Shown piece by piece: positions 27,779 through 36,645 of a stretch of DNA of 51,639 nucleotides (positions within the stretch are counted from its first letter, which is position 1; each line of letters starts with the position of its first letter). The translations under genes were made by a program, and so were the position numbers. The stretch covers positions 1 to 51,639 of IMG/VR virus record IMGVR_UViG_3300020120_000103; one strand, written 5' to 3'. The notes under the pieces were generated by a model. That model made no database searches, had not been told where the DNA came from, and was given only the letters and a program-made list of their open reading frames with translations. Source of the stretch: a virus. Its lineage: Duplodnaviria; Caudoviricetes.

Positions 27779-28464
27779 TGGCCTACCCCACTCTCGACAC
27801 GAACCACGTGGCTGAGGCCACTGCGCTGCTGACGGACCACTACCGCACGAAGGTCGTGATCCCGAAGCTGCTGCAGTGCTACATGAACCGGCTGCAGGAG
27901 CTGGAGGGGGTCTTCTGGGACATCATCAACAAGATGCTCCTGGCCAACAGCCCGGTGGGTGACCAGCTCAACAAGCTCGGCAACATCGTCGGGGCCGTGC
28001 GCGAGCCGGGCATGTCCGATGCAGACTACCTGCAGGCGGTCAAGATCCAGATCCGGGTGAACCGGAGCCAGGGCCTGTCCGAAGACGTGATCCAGGTGGC
28101 CACGCTGGCGCTGAACGGTGCGAGCATCCCGCTCTACGTGGACGTGAGCGCGTCTGGTCCGATCACGATCTCGTGGGTCGACCCGGCCAGCTTCATCTTC
28201 GTGAGACCTCCCAAGTACACGATCAACCAGGGCGCGGCCTTCAGCCTGGACTGCTCGAACCTGCAGGCCCCGAACAACATCGCGCGCCTGCTGGGGGACA
28301 CGCGGAGCGTCGGCACCTACGGTGAGCTGCACTACACCACGTGGGCCGACGGCAACGACTTCGAGTTCGGCAGCGTGTACTCGTCCGCGGCCGGGCAGGG
28401 CACGTTCGGAAGCGTGTATACTACGTCGGTAGGCGGCCTGCTGGCCGCAGGAGCGGTGTGCTGA
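27778..28464 (+). CDS. baseplate wedge protein (DUF2612-like)
   Basis: GDQLNKLGNIVG..R..SDADY. Confidence 0.75.
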   Translation: MAYPTLDTNHVAEATALLTDHYRTKVVIPKLLQCYMNRLQELEGVFWDIINKMLLANSPVGDQLNKLGNIVGAVREPGMSDADYLQAVKIQIRVNRSQGLSEDVIQVATLALNGASIPLYVDVSASGPITISWVDPASFIFVRPPKYTINQGAAFSLDCSNLQAPNNIARLLGDTRSVGTYGELHYTTWADGNDFEFGSVYSSAAGQGTFGSVYTTSVGGLLAAGAVC

Positions 28465-29756
28465 TGGGTCAGCCGGTCGTCAAGTTCGCGTGGTCGCTGT
28501 CGGGCAACTACCCGGTCGGTGTCAATCCCTGGAACAGCCAGCCCCTCGCGGTGCCCCCGGCCGGCACGTACTTCACACCGAACGTGAAGCCGAGCGCGGA
28601 GAACTTCAACTGGATGTTCGGCACCATCGCGGCGGACCTGAACAGCCTCCTAACCTGGGCGGCAGTGGCCCCGGGCATCAACTGGCGGCCGGAGTTCTCG
28701 ACCAGCGGTTTCACGACGCCCCTCGTCGAGAACTGCAACTGGGACGAGAAGGATGGCGTGTGGATCGAGGCCACGATCACCGTGGCGGGCACCCCGCTCT
28801 TCGAGGTGTGGGTCACCAAGGGCCTCGACGACGGCGCCGCTGCAGCGTGGACGCAGATCGGCGGGAACAAGCTCACCACGAACGGCTACCTCTTCACGGC
28901 CGTCGCGGGTGACGGGGCCACCGCCGGGCGCTACTGGCTCGCGGGCACGGACAACGTCGGGGCCACGAACAACGACCTCGTGATCTGGTTCTGGAACGGG
29001 TCGACGTGGGCCGTGACCGGCACGGGTACCTTCGCCGCGGGCGCGAGCAACACCTGGTACGGGGTGGAGCTGTGCCCCTTCGGCGGGTACATGGTGCTCG
29101 CGGTGGCGGGGCACGGTCTGGCCAGCATGCTGATCAGCAGCAACGACCACGGCGCCACGTGGACCGGCGGACCTGGGACGCTGCCGACGATGGCCGCGGG
29201 CAGCACGTGGCTCCTGAAGAGCAACGGCACGCAGGTGCTCGCCATCCCGAGCAGCGTGAGCCTCTACACGGTCTACCAGTCGACCGACGGCCACACTTTC
29301 ACGAGCAGCGCGGGCCTCGGCAGCATCCTCGCCGCGGGCAACACCGTCGTGGGGCTCGCCTGGACGGCGGACGCTGCAGGACCGTGCTGGGTGGCAGCGG
29401 TGAACAACGGCGCGGGCAGTACCTTCTGGGTCCGCAGCGCGGACGGGGTGACCTGGACGACGCAGCTCGGCGGGATCAGCGCCAACCTCGTGGCCACCGA
29501 CATGGCAGGCTGCGGGTCGCTGCTCGTGTGCACGCTCGCGGATCAGTCCTCGGCCGGGCCGAGCGGGCAGATCTGGAGCCCCGACGGCGGGGTCACCTGG
29601 TACAACAGCCAGGCCACCTTCACGTCGAACGACACGACGGCCACTGCCGGGTACTCACGCAGCCGGGTGCGCGAGAGCAACCAGGGCTTCCTGGCCTTCA
29701 ACAGCCTCTGGCTGCGCTTCAGCGAGCTGGGTGGGAACCCGGTCGCCAAGCTGTAA
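28464..29756 (+). CDS. tail fibre/receptor-binding protein with Asp-box (BNR) repeats
   Basis: PSAENFNW N-terminus; SNDHGATW, STDGHTF, SADGVTW, SPDGGVTW. Confidence 0.75.
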   Translation: MGQPVVKFAWSLSGNYPVGVNPWNSQPLAVPPAGTYFTPNVKPSAENFNWMFGTIAADLNSLLTWAAVAPGINWRPEFSTSGFTTPLVENCNWDEKDGVWIEATITVAGTPLFEVWVTKGLDDGAAAAWTQIGGNKLTTNGYLFTAVAGDGATAGRYWLAGTDNVGATNNDLVIWFWNGSTWAVTGTGTFAAGASNTWYGVELCPFGGYMVLAVAGHGLASMLISSNDHGATWTGGPGTLPTMAAGSTWLLKSNGTQVLAIPSSVSLYTVYQSTDGHTFTSSAGLGSILAAGNTVVGLAWTADAAGPCWVAAVNNGAGSTFWVRSADGVTWTTQLGGISANLVATDMAGCGSLLVCTLADQSSAGPSGQIWSPDGGVTWYNSQATFTSNDTTATAGYSRSRVRESNQGFLAFNSLWLRFSELGGNPVAKL

Positions 29757-30029
29757 GGCCGGCAGCAGCAGGCTCGTGTGCAGGGCCGCGCGGTCCTGCT
29801 CCTCGATCGTGGGCTCGCGGTCACCCTTGGCCTCGTTGCACGCGTGGCACGAGGTCACCAGGTTCGTGGGCCGGTTGGTGCCCCGCGCGTGGCCTCGGGG
29901 CCAGACGTGATCGAGGTGCGCCGTGCCCTTCTTCACCTGCCGACCGCACCAGACGCAGCACCAGAAGTCCCGCAGGTAGATGCGCAGGCGCGTCGTGTCG
30001 CGGATCCAGTGGTGGCCGGAGACGTTCAC
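29655..30029 (-). CDS. HNH endonuclease
   Basis: RD.WCCVWCG, LDHVWP, NLVTSCHACN.AKG. Confidence 0.85.
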   Translation of the reverse strand: MNVSGHHWIRDTTRLRIYLRDFWCCVWCGRQVKKGTAHLDHVWPRGHARGTNRPTNLVTSCHACNEAKGDREPTIEEQDRAALHTSLLLPALQLGDRVPTQLAEAQPEAVEGQEALVALAHPAA

Positions 30030-30496
30030 GTGCACCCAACCCTGCACCGTCCGAGCCAGAACAGTCCCAGGCCCACCGCGTCCATCATGTCGCCCTTGGC
30101 CTTCTCGCTGAAGAGGTACTGGAGCTGGTGGTTCACGATCTTCAGCTCGCCCGGCGTGAGCTTCGACAGTATGCGCGGGTGGTGCACCTTCTTCGGCACC
30201 TGGCCCTTCCAGTCGCGGGGCAGGACGAGATGGACGTTCCGACCCAGGGCCTCGAAGAACTCCTTGTACTGGCCCACCTGGATAGCGAGCGTGATGAGGT
30301 CGTTCGGGTCGACGCCCCGGCTCTGCGCCGTGCGGTAGACCTGCGGGCGTTCGATGATGATGGTCTGGGGGTACGCCTGCACTTCGCGCCTGCGCGGGTC
30401 ACCGGCGCCGCACGCGAAGAGGGTGCCCTTGCCTCCGTCCGCGTAGGTGAACTCCGCCCATCCCGTAGACACGCCGGGGTCGATGGTTAGGATCAT
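30026..30496 (-). CDS. RuvC-like Holliday junction resolvase
   Basis: LTIDPGVSTGWA, IIE.P, P.DWKG, DMMDAVGLG. Confidence 0.8.
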   Translation of the reverse strand: MILTIDPGVSTGWAEFTYADGGKGTLFACGAGDPRRREVQAYPQTIIIERPQVYRTAQSRGVDPNDLITLAIQVGQYKEFFEALGRNVHLVLPRDWKGQVPKKVHHPRILSKLTPGELKIVNHQLQYLFSEKAKGDMMDAVGLGLFWLGRCRVGCT

Positions 30497-30756
30497 GACA
30501 CCACCACGCAGCGGTCGGGGAAGCCGAGGTAGACGGGCTTGGACAGGTCTTCGTCCCACCTAAGGCGCTCATAACCGGGCGTGTGTTGGGACCGGATACG
30601 GCGCACCTTGAGCTTCTTGGGTTCACGGTACTGGTCCTTGACCTCGGTGATCACCTCCAGCACCTCGGCGTACGCGAGGGCCGCGCACCGGCCGAGGGCC
30701 GCCCCGTAGATGATCTTGCACCCGACCGTGATCTCGTTGCCGAGGAAGTCCTTCAT
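30493..30756 (-). CDS. hypothetical protein
   Basis: MKDFLGNEITVG; coupled start/stop. Confidence 0.65.
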   Translation of the reverse strand: MKDFLGNEITVGCKIIYGAALGRCAALAYAEVLEVITEVKDQYREPKKLKVRRIRSQHTPGYERLRWDEDLSKPVYLGFPDRCVVVS

Positions 30757-31019
30757 CTCGTCTTCTCCTGTCGCAGGAAGCGCATCCCGTGCGTCGGGCA
30801 CGCGTTGAGGTAGTGGCACCCGCACTTCGCGAAGACCGTGTTGCCCTCGCAGAAGACCAGGACGTCACCCTGGTCGATCTTCCGGTCAGGCAGCGGTCGA
30901 TCGGCCCCGCACTTGGTGCAGTAGTCCGGGGGCGGGATCTCGATCGACTTCAGGCTCCTCATGATGTGGCCCGTCATCTCGACGTTGCCGCAGTGCTCGC
31001 AGGTCCACCGCTCGTACAT
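30753..31019 (-). CDS. Cys-rich zinc-binding hypothetical protein
   Basis: CEHC, CTKC, CGC..CPTHG. Confidence 0.55.
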   Translation of the reverse strand: MYERWTCEHCGNVEMTGHIMRSLKSIEIPPPDYCTKCGADRPLPDRKIDQGDVLVFCEGNTVFAKCGCHYLNACPTHGMRFLRQEKTR

Positions 31020-31321
31020 CACCGGCCCCGGCGCGGCACCATGGAGCGGCCGTGGAAGACCTTCCGCAGGACCCTGCACGGTCGCATCACGATGTCGAGC
31101 CTCCGGCATCGCGCGTGCTCCTTGCCGCCGACCTGGCACCAGACGCGGCGCGCGTACTTGTGGCTGTGGCGCAGGGCCAGGACGTACCGGCGCGCGAACG
31201 CCCGGCGCGTGTGGCGGTTCATCCTGTTCCACGCACCGAGACGCGCCTGGGCCTCGACGTCGTTCTGCTGGGCAGCCTGCTCGGAGAGGTACGCGAGCTG
31301 CTGCTTGGAGAGGTATCGCAT
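31019..31321 (-). CDS. basic hypothetical protein
   Basis: coupled ORF. Confidence 0.55.
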   Translation of the reverse strand: MRYLSKQQLAYLSEQAAQQNDVEAQARLGAWNRMNRHTRRAFARRYVLALRHSHKYARRVWCQVGGKEHARCRRLDIVMRPCRVLRKVFHGRSMVPRRGR

Positions 31322-31503
31322 CAGACTACCACCTGATAGTCGTAGGCCGTCTGACGCAGGTTCTCATACAGGTCGGTGTAATGCGGACGCATGCCGCCGA
31401 CCGCCTTGATCAAGTCGATCAGCTCCTGTTTGTTGAGCTTCAGCGTGATCTCGAAGGTGCGCTCGACCGGAGGGGTGATCTCTTTGAGGGAGGAGGTTGC
31501 CAT
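31321..31503 (-). CDS. hypothetical protein
   Basis: GAGGG RBS; coupled to next gene. Confidence 0.55.
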   Translation of the reverse strand: MATSSLKEITPPVERTFEITLKLNKQELIDLIKAVGGMRPHYTDLYENLRQTAYDYQVVV

Positions 31504-31508
31504 GCCCT

Positions 31509-32042
31509 CTAGCCCTGCGAGGACCGTGCCTTGTCTCGCAGAGCCTTGAGCTGCCGCAGCTCCTCGACCGACAGCGCGCTGTAGTCCGGCCCGGTGTCCA
31601 CCTTCTCGGTGGCCTCGCCGCGCACGAGACGAGAGACCTTCACGGCCCTCTCCGCTGTGGCCATCGTCGCCGCGACCCTGCGGGGGTCCAGTTCCATGGG
31701 CCCCTCGATGCTAGTGCTGTGGATCTTGTCCACTTCGTTCAGGGCCAGGTCGAGCGCGGTGTCCGCTAGGAGCGCTTCCTTCTCGGCCGCCGCACGTGCC
31801 CCGATGCGCAGGGTCTCCTGGCGCTCCTCCTGCCGGAGGGCATCGCAGTGCTCGTCCCACGCCACGGCGCGGTCCCGCCAGTGGCCGTCGTTGTACCACT
31901 GGAGCTTCGTCTGGAGCATGGGCGTGACGGTGCCCGGCACCTTGATCCTGGAGAGACTTCTCGGGGGCTTCGCATCACGGTACGCGACGAACCACTTGAA
32001 TGTCTCGTCGGTGTCGAAAGGCTGGCGGTCCCAGGGCTGCAT
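31509..32042 (-). CDS. probable terminase small subunit
   Basis: PWDRQP.DT..F..F..YRD..RSL, W.DRA.AWD, C-terminal DYSALSVEEL. Confidence 0.65.
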   Translation of the reverse strand: MQPWDRQPFDTDETFKWFVAYRDAKPPRSLSRIKVPGTVTPMLQTKLQWYNDGHWRDRAVAWDEHCDALRQEERQETLRIGARAAAEKEALLADTALDLALNEVDKIHSTSIEGPMELDPRRVAATMATAERAVKVSRLVRGEATEKVDTGPDYSALSVEELRQLKALRDKARSSQG

Positions 32043-32344
32043 CAGGCCACCGGCTCGGCCGCCTGAGAGTGATGCGCGGCCATCTGATTGTGCATCGAGG
32101 CCTGCGGATAGTTCCCAGCTTCGACGTGCGCCGCCGCCGCCTTCATGTGCGCCGCCGCCGCCTTGCGATGCGCGTCCTGCTTACCTGAGCCCTTGGCATC
32201 AGCCTCGTGTGCCATGGCGCTGGCCGTTCGCGCGGACGCGGTGGCGCGTGAAGCCTTTTGTGCTCGGGTAGGTTCAGCTGCCTCTTCGACGGCATCCTCC
32301 CGCGCCTCCTTGGCTGCCCACTTACGATCGCTGATCCTGCTCAT
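32042..32344 (-). CDS. His/Ala-rich hypothetical protein
   Basis: TATCTT box 6 nt upstream; AHRKAAAAHMKAAAAH. Confidence 0.65.
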   Translation of the reverse strand: MSRISDRKWAAKEAREDAVEEAAEPTRAQKASRATASARTASAMAHEADAKGSGKQDAHRKAAAAHMKAAAAHVEAGNYPQASMHNQMAAHHSQAAEPVA

Positions 32345-32422
32345 GGTCTTAAGATAGGCCCATGGCCTACCCCTCGATGTCGCCACATTTATTGGATCCA
32401 ACCCCGCGATTCGCCGCGGGTT

Positions 32423-32914
32423 CTAGACAGCGATTCCGGCGTCCCGGCCCCTGATCGTGAGGGGCCACCGTGCGAACCACGTGTGCGCCCGGACGTGCGC
32501 CGCCTGCTCCGGCGTAAGATGGAGCCTGGGGTTCTCGTAGTAAGCCCCCATGAGGGCATCCTCGTGCGCCTCGCTCGGCTGCCCACCGCACCCGCACCCG
32601 CACAGGCGCGCCACCTCGAAGCCCCGGGGGCCGATCGTGAGCCAGCCCTCCTGGTAGAGGCCGTTGGCGGCCCGAGGGTTGAGGCCCCGACGCATGATCT
32701 CGGCGGTGGTCATGGGACCGGCCCTCAGCGCCTCCAGGATGGCCTGTCGCGCGGGCGTGTGCTCGTGGTGCTGCCGCCGGACGTGGAAGGTCGTGGGCCG
32801 CTCCTTTGGCCGCGTAGGCGCCCGGGGCTTGCGGGCGGCCGGCACCCGGATGACCCCGCGCTTCTTGCAGGTCGCGCTGTTGTGCCCGACTCCGCCGCAC
32901 TTCTTACAGGCCAT
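32423..32914 (-). CDS. hypothetical protein with zinc knuckle and CGCGCG
   Basis: CKKCGGVGHNSATC; GAGGAGG RBS. Confidence 0.6.
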   Translation of the reverse strand: MACKKCGGVGHNSATCKKRGVIRVPAARKPRAPTRPKERPTTFHVRRQHHEHTPARQAILEALRAGPMTTAEIMRRGLNPRAANGLYQEGWLTIGPRGFEVARLCGCGCGGQPSEAHEDALMGAYYENPRLHLTPEQAAHVRAHTWFARWPLTIRGRDAGIAV

Positions 32915-33095
32915 GGTCGAATTCCTCCTCGTCGCGGTACGTGGGCATGCGCTCCCACTTGAAGACCAGCGTGCCGCCGGTGCTGTCGTAGGCGCGCTCG
33001 CGCCACTTGAAGAGCAGGCCCTTCTGGAAGGCCATCCCGATGGTGAGGTCGTGCTTCGGGACGCGCACGGTGGGGCGCTCCTGGGCCGCGCTCAT
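32904..33095 (-). CDS. hypothetical protein
   Basis: coupled ORF. Confidence 0.55.
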   Translation of the reverse strand: MSAAQERPTVRVPKHDLTIGMAFQKGLLFKWRERAYDSTGGTLVFKWERMPTYRDEEEFDHGL

Positions 33096-33607
33096 CGGGT
33101 CCTCGCGGCGAGGAGGTCGATGCCCTGGAGGATGAGGTCGCAGATGGAGACGTCCGCGCGCTTGGCCATTGCCTTGATCTCGTCGTAGCGCCCGTGCGGG
33201 ATGCGTGCCGCGAACACGCGCGTGGGGAGGTCCGCGACGGCGCGGCGAGGGGCCCGGCGGTGGGTTCCGGAGTCCTTGCGCGTGTAGGTCGTGGCCTCGG
33301 CTGCGTTGAGCTTCTCGACCGACGTGATCGGGGCGGCCATCGCGGGGTCGAGCACCGGGGGCAGCGGCTCGTCGTGGTCCTCCGTCATGGCGCGGGCCGC
33401 GTCGCTCTCCTCGCGCGTGGGCAGGCCGACGTGCTCGACGCCCCGAGCCTCGTCCAGCATCTCCTGCGTGATCATGGTGCCGTCCGTGCTGCGGCCGGGC
33501 ACGATCAGGGGGTTGCGCAGCTCGGCCATAAGCTTCTTCTTGGCGCGGTACACCTTCTGGGCCTCGTTCTTCTTCGCGCGCTGCTCGGGGGTCATGGTCT
33601 TGGACAT
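33092..33607 (-). CDS. hypothetical protein with possible C-terminal RHH-like segment
   Basis: TAAGGAG RBS; RVFAARIP..YDEIKAMAKRADVSICDLI. Confidence 0.65.
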   Translation of the reverse strand: MSKTMTPEQRAKKNEAQKVYRAKKKLMAELRNPLIVPGRSTDGTMITQEMLDEARGVEHVGLPTREESDAARAMTEDHDEPLPPVLDPAMAAPITSVEKLNAAEATTYTRKDSGTHRRAPRRAVADLPTRVFAARIPHGRYDEIKAMAKRADVSICDLILQGIDLLAARTR

Positions 33608-33667
33608 GGTGGGCTCCTTACGACCGCAGGCCGCTCGCGGCGGCCCGGGGTCAGCGGTGGGTGCGGG

Positions 33668-33997
33668 TCAGCTTCGCTTGATCGCGGCGCCCAGGTCCAG
33701 CGCGACCTGGATCGGCATGTTCGTCATCACCACCTCGTAGTCGAGGCAGCCGCGCTCCAGGGCCGTGCAGCGGCCGAGCTGCGGGCGCTCGAACACGTAG
33801 ATCGTCATGGCCTCGTCACCGTAGTTCTCGACCAGCCGGAGGCGGTCGCCATCTTCGTGCCACACCTCGCGGCTGCCGTAGGTGTTCTCGAGCTCGGTGG
33901 CGCTGTACTTCTTGGCGCCCTTCTTGAAGCTCTCGATCAGCTGGCTGCGCGCCGTCCAGGTCGTCCGCGTGTCCTTGGTCGTCTTTCGCGTGGTCAT
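33668..33997 (-). CDS. hypothetical protein, first gene of leftward early unit
   Basis: ATG lies 12 nt after a sigma54 motif. Confidence 0.7.
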   Translation of the reverse strand: MTTRKTTKDTRTTWTARSQLIESFKKGAKKYSATELENTYGSREVWHEDGDRLRLVENYGDEAMTIYVFERPQLGRCTALERGCLDYEVVMTNMPIQVALDLGAAIKRS

Positions 33998-34009
33998 GCC
34001 CGACCATGA

Positions 34010-34025
34010 TGCGAGCGCCGTGCCA
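34010..34025 (-). promoter_or_regulatory. sigma54-type -24/-12 promoter
   Basis: TGGCACGGCGCTCGCA, 12 nt before ATG 33997. Confidence 0.7.
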
Positions 34026-34234
34026 GGCTTACAGCTCCCGTAAGTAGGCGTAAGTGCCCGTGCCTGCCCGCGGCGAAGCCTGCATAAAGGTCATCACCCC
34101 GCAAAGCGAGGAACGCCGTGATGTCGCGGGGTTGCACGATAAGCCCGCAGTAAGGTCAATGGGGCATCGTGCCATGGCGAAATACCACGGCATAAAGGCC
34201 TGTTGATCCCTGCTAGGGGCTGCTTGACGCACTG

Positions 34235-34250
34235 TGGCATGAGACCTGCT
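34235..34250 (+). promoter_or_regulatory. sigma54-type -24/-12 promoter
   Basis: TGGCATGAGACCTGCT; downstream gene at 34299 has a GGAG RBS. Confidence 0.65.
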
Positions 34251-34298
34251 CCACCGTCGCCTATACGCACCCAAGGGTGCTCAACCACGGAGAATTCC

Positions 34299-34532
34299 AT
34301 GATCGCACGAGACCGCCTCGCCCACGCCATGGCCGCTGCCTTCACCGACGCGGAGCTGGAGGCCATGCGCATCGCGGTGGACCACGTCCAGGCAGAGCGC
34401 TCCCTGGACCGCCGCAGGGCCGCCGAGCGTAAGAGCCTAGCGACCAACCCGCCGATCGCCCGGGAAGAGCCGCAGGAGACACCGGCCGCGCCCGCGCGCC
34501 ACCGCTCCAGCACGCGCGTCAAGTCGGTGTAG
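34299..34532 (+). CDS. hypothetical protein
   Basis: GGAG RBS, MIARDRLAHAM.. Confidence 0.65.
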   Translation: MIARDRLAHAMAAAFTDAELEAMRIAVDHVQAERSLDRRRAAERKSLATNPPIAREEPQETPAAPARHRSSTRVKSV

Positions 34533-34549
34533 CAGCAGATCAAGTAGAA

Positions 34550-34592
34550 CGACCCGGGTCCCGCCGCAAGGCGGTGGCCTGGGTTTCGCTTT
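34550..34592 (+). terminator. putative intrinsic terminator/attenuator
   Basis: GACCCGGGTCCCGCC-GCAA-GGCGGTGGCCTGGGTT hairpin followed by TCGCTTT. Confidence 0.55.
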
Positions 34593-34603
34593 GGGCTCTC
34601 GGC

Positions 34604-34921
34604 ATGGTTCACACCGACATCAACGAGCCGCGGATCCGCGACGAGCGCTCCGCGCTCATCTGCATGAACTGCGGCGGCATCAACCAGCCGACCGCCCGGT
34701 GCAACGGCACCACGGATAAGAAGCAGGCCTGGTGCGACAAGTGCCGCGCGTCCGCGAAGGCGGCGAAGGAGCGGCGCCAGGACGAGGAGAAGATGGCGGC
34801 CATCGAGCTGCGCGAGCAGCAGGAGGTGCTCCGCCTCATGCACGAGCGCGGGCGCCATGCCGGGGGCGCGATCGGGCCGGTGGCCTCGTGCCCCTGCTGC
34901 CAGGACGAGGCGGCGCAGTGA
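34604..34921 (+). CDS. Cys-rich hypothetical protein
   Basis: CMNC, CDKC, CPCC. Confidence 0.6.
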   Translation: MVHTDINEPRIRDERSALICMNCGGINQPTARCNGTTDKKQAWCDKCRASAKAAKERRQDEEKMAAIELREQQEVLRLMHERGRHAGGAIGPVASCPCCQDEAAQ

Positions 34922-35187
34922 GTCGTTACGACCGCGAGCAGGTCTTCGTCCGCCGCGACGGGACCACGTTCGTGCAGAAGGTCCCGCCGTGCGAGTCCGT
35001 CGTGTGCGCCGCGGACTACGACCCGGAGATCGTCGCCCTGCGCGCGTTCGCGTCGGCGGTGTCCATGTGGTTCATGGACGCGAAGCCGTCCGGGGCCATG
35101 TCCGACGCGGCCGAGCACCTCTTCCGCGTCTCGTGCGGGCGCTACGGGTGGCCCAAGGGCTTCAAGCCTGCGCGGAGGCCTCGATGA
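34918..35187 (+). CDS. hypothetical protein
   Basis: GTGA coupling. Confidence 0.55.
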   Translation: MSRYDREQVFVRRDGTTFVQKVPPCESVVCAADYDPEIVALRAFASAVSMWFMDAKPSGAMSDAAEHLFRVSCGRYGWPKGFKPARRPR

Positions 35188-35357
35188 TCTGGGACCGCAG
35201 CGCGCTGGACAAGGTCTGGCGTGAGATGATGGGCGGGCACGACGTCTGCAAGACGGAGAACTACGTGACCCACTCGTACCACACCCGGGACCGACGCGAG
35301 ATCGACGACTCCCGGGATATCGAGCTGATGGCTCTCGAAATGAAGGAGGCCTCGTGA
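35184..35357 (+). CDS. hypothetical protein
   Basis: GGAGG RBS, ATGA coupling. Confidence 0.55.
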   Translation: MIWDRSALDKVWREMMGGHDVCKTENYVTHSYHTRDRREIDDSRDIELMALEMKEAS

Positions 35358-35476
35358 AAGAAGAGACCCGTGAAGACGTGACGGCGGTGGTGCTGGTCAC
35401 CCTCCTGTTCATCAACCTGGTGATGCTGTGGCTGGCCATCGTCCTTCTGGTGTTCGGTCTCGCAGGAGTCCTGTGA
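35354..35476 (+). CDS. small membrane protein
   Basis: AAGGAGG RBS; long hydrophobic stretch. Confidence 0.55.
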   Translation: MKEETREDVTAVVLVTLLFINLVMLWLAIVLLVFGLAGVL

Positions 35477-36261
35477 GGTACACCATCATCGAGGGCGACG
35501 CGTCCCTGGGCCTCGGTCGCTATCTGAGCGTCGGGGCACCGTTCGATGCGTGCCTGTGCGACCCGCCCTACGGGTACGCCGCGTTCAAGTCCAAGACCAA
35601 GAAGACCGCGGACTGGGAGAAGGAGGCCATGCCGCCGACGTCGCTCTGGGAGGACGTGTTCGATCACCTCCGACCGGGCAGCCTGATGATGGCCGCGACG
35701 GGACCACGTCTCTACCACCGCATGGCGTGCCACATCGAGGCGGCGGGCTTCTACATCCTCGACCCCTTCGCGTGGCTCTACACCGGGGCCAACGCCACCG
35801 GGGTGCGGGAGGGCATCCGCCTGCGGCCGGCGCGGGAGGATTACGTCGTGGCCTGGAAGCCACGTCCCCGGGTCGGCAAGCGCTTCAACCCCTCGGCGGG
35901 TGTACGGGGTCTGCCGTGCAACACGGGAATGGACGCCGCGCTGATGGCCGCGTGCATGATGGAGCAGCCCTTCCTGGACACGTTCTTCTTCTGCGGCAAG
36001 GCGCCTCCGTCCGAGCGGGTCCCGGGCGACGATCACCCGACACACAAGCCCCTGAAGCTCTGCGAGCACCTCGCGGGCCTCATGCGCCCGAGTCAGAAGA
36101 TGAAGCGCCTGCTGGTGCCGTTCTCCGGGGTAGGCTCGGAGATGATCGGGGCCATCAGGGCGGGGTGGCCCGAGGTCGTGGGCCTGGAGCGCGAGAAGAA
36201 GTACGTCGCGGTGGCGCACCGTCGCATCGCGAAGTTCACGGAAGGGGCGGTGTGCCAGTGA
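35473..36261 (+). CDS. DNA N6-adenine/N4-cytosine methyltransferase (beta class)
   Basis: CDPPYG, HPTHKP, VPFSGVGS, GLE. Confidence 0.88.
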   Translation: MRYTIIEGDASLGLGRYLSVGAPFDACLCDPPYGYAAFKSKTKKTADWEKEAMPPTSLWEDVFDHLRPGSLMMAATGPRLYHRMACHIEAAGFYILDPFAWLYTGANATGVREGIRLRPAREDYVVAWKPRPRVGKRFNPSAGVRGLPCNTGMDAALMAACMMEQPFLDTFFFCGKAPPSERVPGDDHPTHKPLKLCEHLAGLMRPSQKMKRLLVPFSGVGSEMIGAIRAGWPEVVGLEREKKYVAVAHRRIAKFTEGAVCQ

Positions 36262-36443
36262 AGCTCAAGAATAAGAGGAGGGTCCTGCCGAAGGCGAAGT
36301 GCACCGGCGGATCGTGCAAGGGTCGCAACGACGCGACCGACGAGCTGCACTCCTGCCCTTACAACGATGAAATCAACAACGACTCCACCCCTTGCTGCAC
36401 CTGCTGCGTTGACTGCCTGCACGAGTGCGCGATGGAAATCTGA
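36258..36443 (+). CDS. Cys-rich hypothetical protein
   Basis: HSCPY.DEIN.D...CCTCCVDCLHECAMEI. Confidence 0.65.
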   Translation: MKLKNKRRVLPKAKCTGGSCKGRNDATDELHSCPYNDEINNDSTPCCTCCVDCLHECAMEI

Positions 36444-36643
36444 TGGCCCGAGAGTTCATTCGTCTCCATCTGGTCCCCACCCGCGATCGCACCGACGTGC
36501 TCTGCGTGGCGTGCAACAACTTCCGAGCGGACCAGCAGATCACGTTGGCCGATGGCCAGCCCACCGAATTCGGCGTGCACACCAAGTGCATCGCTGTCCT
36601 GCACGCGCGCCGGGCGCATCCCGGCTCCTCCACCGAGGATTGA
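36443..36643 (+). CDS. hypothetical protein
   Basis: TGATG coupling; CVAC..HTKC. Confidence 0.55.
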   Translation: MAREFIRLHLVPTRDRTDVLCVACNNFRADQQITLADGQPTEFGVHTKCIAVLHARRAHPGSSTED

Positions 36644-36645
36644 TC

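Noticed and set aside
15792-29756. Diversity-generating retroelement or invertible fibre system
   Set aside because: No reverse transcriptase, invertase or template/variable repeat pair seen
32125-32170. 21-bp period tandem repeat
   Set aside because: Two copies only; simply encodes KAAAAH twice, not an array
34160-34176. TGGCACGATGCCCCA (minus) as a sigma54 promoter
   Set aside because: No GC at -12
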